The translations under genes and the position numbers were made by a program. DNA of 64,000 bases from Clostridia bacterium. GTDB lineage: Bacteria > Bacillota > Clostridia > Oscillospirales > Butyricicoccaceae. A model generated the notes under the pieces. That model had not been told where the DNA came from and searched no databases. It saw only the letters and a list, made by a program, of their open reading frames with translations. Shown here piece after piece: positions 1-9,200 of the stretch. Within the stretch, counting starts at the first letter, position 1. Every line of letters starts with the position of its first letter. The stretch is taken from the NCBI GenBank assembly GCA_044426355.1, contig JAWXUO010000003.1, forward strand, positions 138-64,137, written 5' to 3'.

Positions 1-712
1 GTGTATATTGTGACTGCGTTATATCCACTTGCGAATAATCAATAGGTGCTGGCTCTGCTTGTGGAGCAGGTGCTGGAGCTGGTTCTTCTTTTTCAGCCAT
101 ATCAGCATTTACAATACCTACGATTCTTTGTGCTAAACTTATTGATAAGAAACATGCAAATGTTGTGTTTAAAACTTCAGCTATTTCTAATTGGAAAACA
201 ATAGCAATAACTTGGTCTCCATGTTCAAAATTCATTAAACTTTCATCTAAATCAGCTTTTTTCTCAACTAAAGTAGCTGTTGGGGTAGATATATTTACAC
301 ACATTCCAAGTATTTCTGAAAGTGCTGTAGCAGATGCACCCATCATTTGGTTCATAACTTCACAAGCAGCACTCATGCTCATATCATCAAATTCAAATTC
401 CTCAGGTGGTGTTGGTTCTTCGTTCCCCATAAGTAAATCTAAGATGATTTGCATGTCGTTACTTCGTAACATAGTTACGTTTGTTCCATCAATGCCTTCT
501 ACATATTCGATTTTTACTATTATAGCAGGTTCTAACATTGAGTTATCAATTGCACTAAAAGCTTCTTGCTGTATTTTAGGTGTTGTTATATTAACTGTTT
601 TATCAAGCATAGTTGAAAGAGCTGTTGCTGCAGACCCCATACTTATATTCATAACTTCGCCAATAGTATCTAACTCTTCGTCAGATAACACACTATTTAT
701 ATTTTCGTTCAA
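1..712 (-). CDS. fliY: Flagellar motor switch protein/phosphatase FliY (CheC-like N-terminal part; 3' end outside window)
   Basis: Not in the ORF track. Hand translation from TTG at 712 (RBS AAAGGAGGAG 7 nt upstream) gives LNENINSVLSDEELDTIGEVMNISMGSAATALS... Two intact CheC motifs (D/S-x3-E-x2-N-x22-P) are present. The gene lies directly after the fliM stop. Confidence 0.85.
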   Translation of the reverse strand, partial: MNENINSVLSDEELDTIGEVMNISMGSAATALSTMLDKTVNITTPKIQQEAFSAIDNSMLEPAIIVKIEYVEGIDGTNVTMLRSNDMQIILDLLMGNEEPTPPEEFEFDDMSMSAACEVMNQMMGASATALSEILGMCVNISTPTATLVEKKADLDESLMNFEHGDQVIAIVFQLEIAEVLNTTFACFLSISLAQRIVGIVNADMAEKEEPAPAPAPQAEPAPIDYSQVDITQSQYT

Positions 713-727
713 CTTCTTTCTCCTCCT

Positions 728-1720
728 TTATTCATGCAAAATATCGACTATTTTAATCGCCTTATTTTCTTCAAATTCGCCAATTCTTGCAGTGCACCAA
801 GGTATTCCTGCAACTTTAACATCTATATCATTATACATCTTGGTATTTAATGTAATAACATCGCCTATTTGTAAATATATTAAATCATTTAAATTCATCG
901 GACATTCATCTAAAATTGCTTCTACTTGTAAATCCGACTGCCTAATATGACCCATAATCAAATCGTGACGCATTTGTTCTCTTTGCGAGTCTGCAAGTCT
1001 AACAGCTTGCGTATATCTCGCCCCAAAGCTACTAATTACATCATCTAAATTCGTAGCTGGCATACATATGTTTATTATACCAGTATGATGTATATCTTTT
1101 ATTTCTAAAGATGTTATAACAACAATATCTTGTTGCGAATAAGCTTGTAAAAGTCTTCCGTTTGTTTCTACACTTTGAAGTGTTACTTTAAGTGGAAAAA
1201 AGTTTGACCATGATTCTTCAATATAGCTTACCATATTATTTATAACAACTGACAAAAGAGTTAATTCTATTTCTGTATATTCTCTGTCTGGAGTTATTGC
1301 AGGACCTAAGCCCCCAAGCAATCTATCTATTAGCAAGTACCCATAAGAAGTAGGTATTTGAAGAATTAAAGTAGATGGTGCACATTCTTTTATTTCTGGT
1401 TCAAAAGTAATCAATGCTACGAGTGTACTATCTGGTATACTATTGTTAAATTCGTAGTACCTTTGTTCTTCCATTCCGTCAACTTCGACAGTACAAACAT
1501 CACTTAAAACGCCTGTTAAATAAACAGCTAAAATTCTTGCGTAGTTTTCATATAATGTGTTTAATGAGTTTAATTGGTCCTTTGTAAATTTTCGAGGAGA
1601 AGAGAAGTCATATAATTTTGCAGTATCTTTAACTTCTGCTGGGCCGTCCGTTGCCGGGGTCCCTTCTTTCATCTTATTTAAAAGTTCGTCAATCTGACTC
1701 TGTGATAAAGCTTCAGCCAC
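728..1720 (-). CDS. fliM: Flagellar motor switch protein FliM
   Basis: 330 aa. The N-terminal LSQSQIDELL CheY-P-binding-type peptide and overall FliM-like sequence fit; it sits upstream of fliY. Confidence 0.95.
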   Translation of the reverse strand: MAEALSQSQIDELLNKMKEGTPATDGPAEVKDTAKLYDFSSPRKFTKDQLNSLNTLYENYARILAVYLTGVLSDVCTVEVDGMEEQRYYEFNNSIPDSTLVALITFEPEIKECAPSTLILQIPTSYGYLLIDRLLGGLGPAITPDREYTEIELTLLSVVINNMVSYIEESWSNFFPLKVTLQSVETNGRLLQAYSQQDIVVITSLEIKDIHHTGIINICMPATNLDDVISSFGARYTQAVRLADSQREQMRHDLIMGHIRQSDLQVEAILDECPMNLNDLIYLQIGDVITLNTKMYNDIDVKVAGIPWCTARIGEFEENKAIKIVDILHE

Positions 1721-1749
1721 TTTTATTCCACCTCCTTAAAATTCCGTAT

Positions 1750-2634
1750 TTAATCTGCTGATGGTACATCAGAAACTATATCGCCTGCAACATCTGTCGA
1801 AACATCTCCTACAATGTCGCCTGCTAAATCTGCCGAAACATCGCCTGCAAGGTCGCCTGCAACATCTGCAACGTCATCGTTTAGACCGACGTTTAGGTCT
1901 TCTCCATTGTGGTATGATTCTAGCAATCCGTCAACGCTAAAGTCATCTTCTGCATCTGTACCTACAATAATAATTTCAACTCGGCGATTTTGTTCCATTC
2001 CCTCTGCTGTGTCATTAGTAGCTACAGGGTATCTATTTCCATAACCCATAACAACCAGTTTATCAGATGGCAATCCAGAATTTATATTTATATGCGTTGC
2101 AACAACTGCTGCACGCTCGCCTGATAGCATCCAATATGTACCACCCTGAGGGACGGTAGCTGTAAAGCCTAAAACATTTACAACGTTTATAGCATCTTGG
2201 TAATGCACTAAAGCCTCGCCTATAAAGCTAAGAGTTGGTATACTAGCTGATTTTAAAACATATTTATCTGGTTCGAAAAACAGCGAGCTGTTAAATCGTA
2301 TGTATACTACTTCGTTGTATTTAGAAATAATAATACTTTCTTCTTGTCCATTTTCTTCTATATGTTCTTTTAGCATTTCATACACTTGGTCCATCTCTGA
2401 AAATGATTCGGATTCCTCAAATGTATCTGGTTCTGCATTTCCCATTTCTTCTAAAAACTCTACGATAGGCAAATTTGAAAACGACCTAATAAGAGCATTG
2501 AATTTTTGTTCGTCGGTGTTTGACATTGCAAGTAAAACCACGAAAAACGCCATAAGAAGTGTTACCATGTCGGAATAGGTTGCCATCCAGGCATTAGCAT
2601 CAACTGGTTTTTTTTCTGCTTTTTTCATTTTCAA
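1750..2634 (-). CDS. motB: Flagellar stator protein MotB (OmpA-like) with an acidic repeat tail
   Basis: It has an N-terminal TM segment with the conserved Asp (YSDMVTLLMAFF) and an OmpA-like C-domain (NRRVEIIIV). It follows motA. Confidence 0.85.
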   Translation of the reverse strand: MKMKKAEKKPVDANAWMATYSDMVTLLMAFFVVLLAMSNTDEQKFNALIRSFSNLPIVEFLEEMGNAEPDTFEESESFSEMDQVYEMLKEHIEENGQEESIIISKYNEVVYIRFNSSLFFEPDKYVLKSASIPTLSFIGEALVHYQDAINVVNVLGFTATVPQGGTYWMLSGERAAVVATHININSGLPSDKLVVMGYGNRYPVATNDTAEGMEQNRRVEIIIVGTDAEDDFSVDGLLESYHNGEDLNVGLNDDVADVAGDLAGDVSADLAGDIVGDVSTDVAGDIVSDVPSAD

Positions 2635-2660
2635 CCTCTTTTCAGCTAAGATTTTTTTGG

Positions 2661-3551
2661 TTATTCTGCAGGTTCTTCTGCATCTCCACCTTTACCTTTT
2701 TTCTTGCCACCATTTTTCTTGTATTCAGGTAGCATACTAAGTAGTTTTTGTTGTATTAAAGTTGGGCTTTCGCCTGCTTGAATTCCTCTTACACCTTCAT
2801 AAATTACCATCATACAAAGTAATTCTTCTTCGTGACGAACTGAAAGCTTTGTCGCAATTGGATTAAATATAACGTTTGCAAGGAACGAACCATACAAAGT
2901 TGTGATAAGTGCAACTGACATATTAGGTCCTACGGCATCAATATCTGATAAGTTTTTCATAAGGTTTATAAGCCCTATCAGCGTACCTATCATACCCATA
3001 CCAGGAGCAATCGCAGCAGCTTTTTCATAGAAAGTACATTCTTGTAAGTGACGTTGTGATACATTATCAATCCAAGCTTCCATTTGGCTTTGAACTGTTT
3101 CTGGGTCGACGGAGTCAACGACCATTTGTATACTACTTTTTAAGAATGGGTCAGTCATGCTGTTTGCATCTTCTTCGAGTGATAAAAGACCGTTCATACG
3201 TGCTTTTTTAGCACATTCGCTTATGATTTCTATATAATCATACGCAGCAAATTTCTTTGGCAATATAATAATTTTCATGTGTTTGCCTATTTTTGCAAAC
3301 TGTGATATTGGGTACATGATAAGCATACAACCTGTTACACCACCGATAACGATAGCTGCAGACGCAGCATCCCAGAAAGATGCAACATTTTCTGTTGCAA
3401 TTCTAAAGTTACCTTCTTCGTCTGTTCCCGACAATATCCCGAATATTATAAGACCCATTGCAACTGTAAATCCTATTACCGTTGCTACGTCAAAGACGTT
3501 GGTCTTCCCTCCGCCTCCACCTTTTCCTTCGTTTTCATCGTTTTTCGCCAT
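2661..3551 (-). CDS. motA: Flagellar stator protein MotA
   Basis: 296 aa MotA/TolQ/ExbB-type channel protein (GMIGTLIGLINLM...ALITTLYGSFLANV), paired with motB. Confidence 0.85.
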   Translation of the reverse strand: MAKNDENEGKGGGGGKTNVFDVATVIGFTVAMGLIIFGILSGTDEEGNFRIATENVASFWDAASAAIVIGGVTGCMLIMYPISQFAKIGKHMKIIILPKKFAAYDYIEIISECAKKARMNGLLSLEEDANSMTDPFLKSSIQMVVDSVDPETVQSQMEAWIDNVSQRHLQECTFYEKAAAIAPGMGMIGTLIGLINLMKNLSDIDAVGPNMSVALITTLYGSFLANVIFNPIATKLSVRHEEELLCMMVIYEGVRGIQAGESPTLIQQKLLSMLPEYKKNGGKKKGKGGDAEEPAE

Positions 3552-3586
3552 TTGTTAAACTCTCCTCTTCTTTTAGTTAGATTCTT

Positions 3587-3793
3587 TTAATCGTCTATAT
3601 TCAAAAACGTATGCTCTCTGCAATATCTTTGATATTCTACAACCTTATCGATTATCTCCTGCAAATCCTCTTGTACTATAAAGTATTTTTTTTCAGCCAG
3701 TCTAACTATTGTGTCTGGTGTCTTATCAATAGTTTCGATAAGTTGCGAGTTTAAAACAAATTGTGTTCCATCAAGTTTAGTTAAAATAATCAT
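3587..3793 (-). CDS. flbD: Flagellar protein FlbD
   Basis: 68 aa (MIILTKLDGTQFVLNSQLIETI...). This is the typical FlbD size and sequence, and it lies between flgE and motA. Confidence 0.85.
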   Translation of the reverse strand: MIILTKLDGTQFVLNSQLIETIDKTPDTIVRLAEKKYFIVQEDLQEIIDKVVEYQRYCREHTFLNIDD

Positions 3794-3888
3794 AATTTTC
3801 TCCTTTTAATATTTACCATAGGCAGACAGAAAATTCACTATATTCTATCTGCCTATGGCGACGAATTTAATTCGCCACCATATATAAA

Positions 3889-6309
3889 TTAACGTTTTAA
3901 GTTTATTAATTCTTCAAGCATAGTATCTGATACTGTGATAATACGTGAGTTTGCTTGGAAACCACGTTGACAAGTAATCATTTCTGCAAATTCGTTAGAA
4001 ATATCAACGTTTGACATTTCAAGAGCAGATGCAACTAAGCCACCAGAACCACCAGTACCTGGGTCAACTAAGATAGCTTCGCCAGAGTTTAGTGTTGATG
4101 TATAGTAGTTTGAACCAGTAAGTTGAAGACCCATTGAGTTAGCAAAAACTGCAAGTGAGATTTTACCACAAACAACAGTACCTTTTTCAGCATGGCTTAC
4201 AACGATTGTACCATCAGAACCTATAGCGATATTTTGGATTTGGTCTAATGTTACAGCACCACCCTCAGTACCACCTGTTAATACGAATGAGCTTGTTCCA
4301 AAACCTAGGTTTGAAGAAGCCACCGATGGAACAGCAGTTATTGTTTCTCCTGCACCTACTGCATTTATAGTTTGACCATAATTTGGTTCTGCACCACTAT
4401 TTTCATTTTTATATGCAGTCGTCATTGCAGAGAAACCAGGATTTGAAATTTCGATATAATCTGTGCTGTCACCAGTACTTTGTAATAATAATGTACCAGC
4501 TTGCTCTCCATCTTGTAACACAGATCTATATTCTACGCCGTCTACCATCATAGTGATAACCCAAGAATCTTCTGTTGTAGCTGTGCCATCAAGTTTAGTT
4601 GTTGTTCCTGCTTCATAATATGTTGCGTAGAAAGTATTACCGTCTATTGTTCCATCGCCAGAGAATGTACTACTAACATCTTTAATAGTGATAATTCCAC
4701 CGAATAAACCATCATCAACAGCCGAACCTTCTAGTCCACCTTTATCTATACCACCAGCAGTACCAACGATTTGAGCACCTGTTAATGATTCTGCTACAGC
4801 TTCTGTAGATTTAGATATTTTTAAAGTATGTTCGCCTCTTGTAAGACCCATTGCAGTTGCAATATCTGAAACAGATGCAGTGCTTGCTAAGCTTAGGTTA
4901 GAAGTCATTTCAGTTTGTGATGGGAAAGTCATTACAAACGTACCATCAGCATCATTACCAGATGAGAATGTTACTGCTCCACCAGCAGCTGGAACTGTTC
5001 CAGTATAAGTAACACCACCAACTTGTGCTGTAACTGTAATATCAGGAGATGCATCTGCAACACTTGTAATCGTAATACCACTTGTGTAAGGGAATACAGA
5101 CGAAACCGAAGTAAATGTTGCACCACCTAAGAAATAAGTAGGTTCATATGCATTACCAGAATTTACTGAATCTTTATCACCTACACCTGTACCTATTACA
5201 GCAGTTATGTCACTTGCTTCAAGTTGTGAGTCTACTGATAAAGTTAACGTACCACCGTTATCACCAGTTAGCGTAAGAGTATTACCAGCACCTTGTGGCA
5301 CACTTACCGTTGCAGTAAATGTTTCTGAACCAATAGTTGTTTTTATTACATAGTTACCACTAGATTCAGTAATTTCATATGAAACAGGAGCTCCATCACC
5401 ATATGTTGTTCCTGTTCCTGGACTAAACGAACTTGCAGAAACTTTTCCACCAAATAAGCTTGTTCCTGTAACACTCGCTGACTCTTGAGTTACAGCACCA
5501 GAAGCACTTGCAGAAACTGCGTCTGAACCAAATACGTTTTCAGAAGCTGTAATTGTAAAAGTACCAGCTGCGTGTTCTACACCACCGTTTGCCTCTAAAA
5601 TAGCAGCATTTATAGCAGCATTTACATCGTCCATAGATGCAAAATCTTCGAAAGCATTTAAGCTTACAGTGATAGAACCAGTAGCAGAGATAGAAGCAGA
5701 TGCTTTTAATCCTGATGGTAGTGCTTCGCTCGAAGTAATTGTCATAGATACATTACCATAAGAAGTTGCATTAGAACCTGTTACAGTGTATTCTATTCCG
5801 TTTATTGTCATTTCAACACTTGGTCTTGCAGCGTCTACAGAACCAATGTCATCTAGTTTAATTTTTAGCGAGTTAGGGTCATCAGTAGCACCACTTGCAC
5901 CTAAAACAAAGTTACCGTTAATATCTGTTAAGTAACCGTTTGAATCGTAGTCTAACATACCTGCTTTTGTATAGAAAATGTTACCATCTGGATCCATTAC
6001 TTGAATAAATCCTTCGCCTGCGATAGCAACGTCTAGTCCGTAACCAGTTGTTTGAATACTAGAAGTTGTCATTTGTGTTTGAACACCTGCAAGCATAGAA
6101 CCGTAACCGATACTAGATGGGTTTGTACCACCCGAGCTTGCTGTACCACCAGTAGCACCTTTGATTGTTTGATAATATACGTCACTAAATACAGCTCTAT
6201 TTGCTTTAAAACCGTATGTATTTACGTTCGCAATATTGTTACCGATAACGTCCATTTTACTTTGGTGCGTTTTAAGACCTGCAACACCAGAGAACATCGC
6301 TTTGTTCAT
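3889..6309 (-). CDS. flgE: Flagellar hook protein FlgE, unusually long (806 aa)
   Basis: The N-terminus (SGVAGLKTHQSKMDVIGNNIANVNTYGFK) and C-terminus (LEMSNVDISNEFAEMITCQRGFQANSRIITVSDTMLEELINLKR) match hook-protein termini. It lies downstream of flgD. Confidence 0.9.
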   Translation of the reverse strand: MNKAMFSGVAGLKTHQSKMDVIGNNIANVNTYGFKANRAVFSDVYYQTIKGATGGTASSGGTNPSSIGYGSMLAGVQTQMTTSSIQTTGYGLDVAIAGEGFIQVMDPDGNIFYTKAGMLDYDSNGYLTDINGNFVLGASGATDDPNSLKIKLDDIGSVDAARPSVEMTINGIEYTVTGSNATSYGNVSMTITSSEALPSGLKASASISATGSITVSLNAFEDFASMDDVNAAINAAILEANGGVEHAAGTFTITASENVFGSDAVSASASGAVTQESASVTGTSLFGGKVSASSFSPGTGTTYGDGAPVSYEITESSGNYVIKTTIGSETFTATVSVPQGAGNTLTLTGDNGGTLTLSVDSQLEASDITAVIGTGVGDKDSVNSGNAYEPTYFLGGATFTSVSSVFPYTSGITITSVADASPDITVTAQVGGVTYTGTVPAAGGAVTFSSGNDADGTFVMTFPSQTEMTSNLSLASTASVSDIATAMGLTRGEHTLKISKSTEAVAESLTGAQIVGTAGGIDKGGLEGSAVDDGLFGGIITIKDVSSTFSGDGTIDGNTFYATYYEAGTTTKLDGTATTEDSWVITMMVDGVEYRSVLQDGEQAGTLLLQSTGDSTDYIEISNPGFSAMTTAYKNENSGAEPNYGQTINAVGAGETITAVPSVASSNLGFGTSSFVLTGGTEGGAVTLDQIQNIAIGSDGTIVVSHAEKGTVVCGKISLAVFANSMGLQLTGSNYYTSTLNSGEAILVDPGTGGSGGLVASALEMSNVDISNEFAEMITCQRGFQANSRIITVSDTMLEELINLKR

Positions 6310-6388
6310 AAAAAATCTCCTTTTTTATGCACTGTTTTACACTTATCTGTCATTCAAAGTGTTTAAAAAGTTTCCATAAAGGTCCAAC

Positions 6389-6778
6389 TTACATTATTAC
6401 AGTGCCGTTTATGTTTGTAAAGACATTTCCCTCTTCATTGTCTTTTGTCGTGATTACCGTATTAGTAGGAACATTTACTATAAAAGCTGTTTGATCCACT
6501 AAAATGAGGGCATCGTTTAAATTTTTTTCACTAGCTATTTTTATTCCCTCGTTTAAACGCACAAGGTTTGCTTCGCTAATGTCTATGTTTCTTTCTTTCA
6601 CTCGTTCAGTCGCATGCTTTGAAAAATTAACCGACTCGGTTTTTTCAATTTGTTGCTGTAGAATTTCCCCAAAATCTACCGAACTTTGTGTTTTAGAGTT
6701 ATTATTAGTTTTATTTACGTCTACACTAGACGGATTACCTATTACTGGATTGTAATATCTAAAACGAATATCTTCCAT
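6389..6778 (-). CDS. Small flagellar operon protein (TIGR02530-like, function unknown)
   Basis: 129 aa ORF conserved in position between flgD and flgE in Clostridia/Bacilli. The assignment rests on synteny and size only. Confidence 0.55.
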   Translation of the reverse strand: MEDIRFRYYNPVIGNPSSVDVNKTNNNSKTQSSVDFGEILQQQIEKTESVNFSKHATERVKERNIDISEANLVRLNEGIKIASEKNLNDALILVDQTAFIVNVPTNTVITTKDNEEGNVFTNINGTVIM

Positions 6779-6821
6779 GATTTCTCCCCCTAAACTTTTA
6801 TAATTATACCCCTTATAATTA

Positions 6822-7580
6822 TTAGTCTGAACCTATCAGAGTTGTAAATTCTACTGGTTGAAAAACTGATTTTGAACCATCTGTATTTGTTACAACAACA
6901 TTTGCATAGTAAACAGTTTGTGCATCTAGCCCAGTAATACTTGCAAGTGTTAAATATTTTTGGTCTTTGTCGCCTACTAGCGTACCTTCTTCTACTTTTG
7001 CTACAGTGTCAAATTCTGTGTCTTCTGTAGTGTAGTATACAGAATATGTAAGTCCATAAGATTGCATTAAATCTTCTGTTGGTGCTTCCCAGTTTAGCAA
7101 AGCCGAACTAGAAGTTAAACTTGATGCAGTTATAGAATACGAATCTGTTTGTAGTTCACCTACTTGGTCTGTACCAATTTCCATTATTTGGTCTAGTGTG
7201 TATGTTTTACCACCTATATAGATGTAATACTCACCGTCATATATTGTTACTTTATCTACAACACCTGTTGATGTATCTAAATCCCCACTTACTGTGAAAC
7301 GAGAAGCTGTTACAACTTTTCCTACCATGTTTGCAGCATAAGAAGTTTCCATTTGGTAACCCATTTGCTCCATCATTTGCATGTTAGAAATAATAGACAT
7401 TGTTTCTAAAATATCTACGTTGCTACCCTCGGTATCCATAAAGTCTTGGTTTTGAATTTCTAAAATCATAAGATTTAAAAAAGATTCATAATCCATCCAT
7501 GTATTGTCTGTTTGGTCTGTAAAAACTATATCACCATAATTGTTATAATATGATGAATAATCTGATGAAACTGATGACAT
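6822..7580 (-). CDS. flgD: Flagellar hook assembly/capping protein FlgD with a C-terminal FN3-like module
   Basis: It carries the FlgD N-motif (FLNLMILEIQNQDFMD). The C-terminal ~100 aa look fibronectin-III-like (LLNWEAP...YSVYY...TGLDAQTVYYANVVVTN). Confidence 0.85.
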   Translation of the reverse strand: MSSVSSDYSSYYNNYGDIVFTDQTDNTWMDYESFLNLMILEIQNQDFMDTEGSNVDILETMSIISNMQMMEQMGYQMETSYAANMVGKVVTASRFTVSGDLDTSTGVVDKVTIYDGEYYIYIGGKTYTLDQIMEIGTDQVGELQTDSYSITASSLTSSSALLNWEAPTEDLMQSYGLTYSVYYTTEDTEFDTVAKVEEGTLVGDKDQKYLTLASITGLDAQTVYYANVVVTNTDGSKSVFQPVEFTTLIGSD

Positions 7581-7598
7581 ATCATTTTCTCCTTTCTA

Positions 7599-8714
7599 CT
7601 AAATATAGATGTTTAAATTACTTGGGTCGTCGAGATTTACCTCATCGACTGAAATTTCTTCGTCAATAGTACCATTATTTCCATAAGAAACAAAGCCTTC
7701 TTGATTAAAATTATTTCCGTTTTGATTGAAGTTTTGTTGTTGCATATCAAAACCTTGCATTTGCGAACCTTGAGTTTCTGCAACTGCGATTTCTGCATCA
7801 CGAACTTCTATTTGTAGTGGTCTAAACACATCACGCAGAATATTTAGGTCGTTATTAATTAGTTTTGTTGCATTTTGGCTTGATGCCGTAATCTCTAAAA
7901 CTGAATTAACACCGTCGTTTACAAGTTTAATTGTAACTTCGCCTAATTCTTCTGGATTTAATTTCATTATAAATTCGCCAGAACCTAATTCTAGTTCTTC
8001 TGTGTTTTCAACTATTGCATTCGATATTTGGTTAAACATCTCGGGATTAGTTGGGATTTGCGTTGTTGGCATTTCCTGAATAAGAGCTGGTCTATCGCTT
8101 TGGTCTAGCATGATATTGAAAACTTGGTTTTCGTTATCGCTTTCGTCAGCAACATTTCTAATTTCAAAACTTTTGTTTGAAAAAGAATTTAGCAAATTCA
8201 TTTGTGATTCAGTATCATCATTACTAGCTGTAGCAACAACTTTTCCAAATTCTAACGATACATTAGCTTTTTCTTCGTCTGTTGCAGTTTGGAAAAACTG
8301 AAAAAGTTCTTTTCCTTGCTCTGGAGTAAGTTCTGAAATATCAATTCCACTGCTTACAACATCAGCTACAACTGTTTGTATGTTGCTTATTAGGTTTGCA
8401 GTTTCATCATCTATAACATTTAGATTTTGATAATCTACCGTTTCTAGAGTTTGACCAAAACCTGCTAAAAGCTCCATTAGTTTTACAAAGTCTACTTCTT
8501 CATCAGTTACAAAAAACTGAGCTACATCTGGATCTAATCCGTCGATTAGCAAACTAAGGTCTGTGTTTGTTTCAGAATCTCCTTGTAATTGCTCTACTAC
8601 AGTTTTTACAACATCTGAAAAAGACGTTTTTTCGCCTTGTGGCATAGCATTTTGTTTTGGATTTTTAAATCCACCTGCTTCAACACCTGGCATTGTCATT
8701 AGCATATCTAACAT
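7599..8714 (-). CDS. fliK: Flagellar hook-length control protein FliK
   Basis: It has a Flg_hook-type C-domain (FIMKLNPEELGEVTIKLVNDGVNSVLEITASSQNATKLINNDLNILRDVF) and lies between fliJ and flgD. Confidence 0.8.
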   Translation of the reverse strand: MLDMLMTMPGVEAGGFKNPKQNAMPQGEKTSFSDVVKTVVEQLQGDSETNTDLSLLIDGLDPDVAQFFVTDEEVDFVKLMELLAGFGQTLETVDYQNLNVIDDETANLISNIQTVVADVVSSGIDISELTPEQGKELFQFFQTATDEEKANVSLEFGKVVATASNDDTESQMNLLNSFSNKSFEIRNVADESDNENQVFNIMLDQSDRPALIQEMPTTQIPTNPEMFNQISNAIVENTEELELGSGEFIMKLNPEELGEVTIKLVNDGVNSVLEITASSQNATKLINNDLNILRDVFRPLQIEVRDAEIAVAETQGSQMQGFDMQQQNFNQNGNNFNQEGFVSYGNNGTIDEEISVDEVNLDDPSNLNIYI

Positions 8715-8745
8715 TTTTTCACCTCCTTTAAATTATTTTCTTATA

Positions 8746-9198
8746 TTAAACTGCTGATTTTTCTTTAAATCTAGCAATTGAAATAAGCTCTGCAATCGTG
8801 TTTTCTTCGTCTTGCATAACAGCTTTGTTGTAATCTTCACGTTGATTTTCGTATAATTTATCAAGCCCTTTAACCTCTTGTGAGGCAAGCATTACAACTT
8901 GTGTTTGTTTCGCAATTTCTACATCAAGTTCTGCAATTTCGATATAAATTTGCTGAATTTGAGTTCTTGCGTTATCTATAGTAAAACTATAAGTAGACAT
9001 TTCAAAAATTGTAAGTCCAGTTTTTTGTTTTTCTATTTTTTCGGCATTTGTTAGGAAAATAAAGTTTTCTAAATCTTTTATAGCTTGTAGCAATTCGTTT
9101 CTTCGTCTGTGTAACAATGCTAGTTCGTTTTTTTCTCTATTTAAAATTTGGTCTTTGTAGTTATGAATACGTTGTAATGAAAATTGAAATTTTTTCAC
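8746..9198 (-). CDS. fliJ: Flagellar export chaperone/stalk protein FliJ
   Basis: 150 aa coiled-coil protein immediately after fliI (MKKFQFSLQRIHNYKDQ...). Confidence 0.75.
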   Translation of the reverse strand: MKKFQFSLQRIHNYKDQILNREKNELALLHRRRNELLQAIKDLENFIFLTNAEKIEKQKTGLTIFEMSTYSFTIDNARTQIQQIYIEIAELDVEIAKQTQVVMLASQEVKGLDKLYENQREDYNKAVMQDEENTIAELISIARFKEKSAV

Positions 9199-9200
9199 TA

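Noticed and set aside
165-950. 261-aa + strand ORF
   Set aside because: It lies entirely antisense to fliY and fliM, both of which have strong family signatures. Its translation is low-complexity and Ser/Ile-rich, and it has no RBS. It is a shadow ORF.
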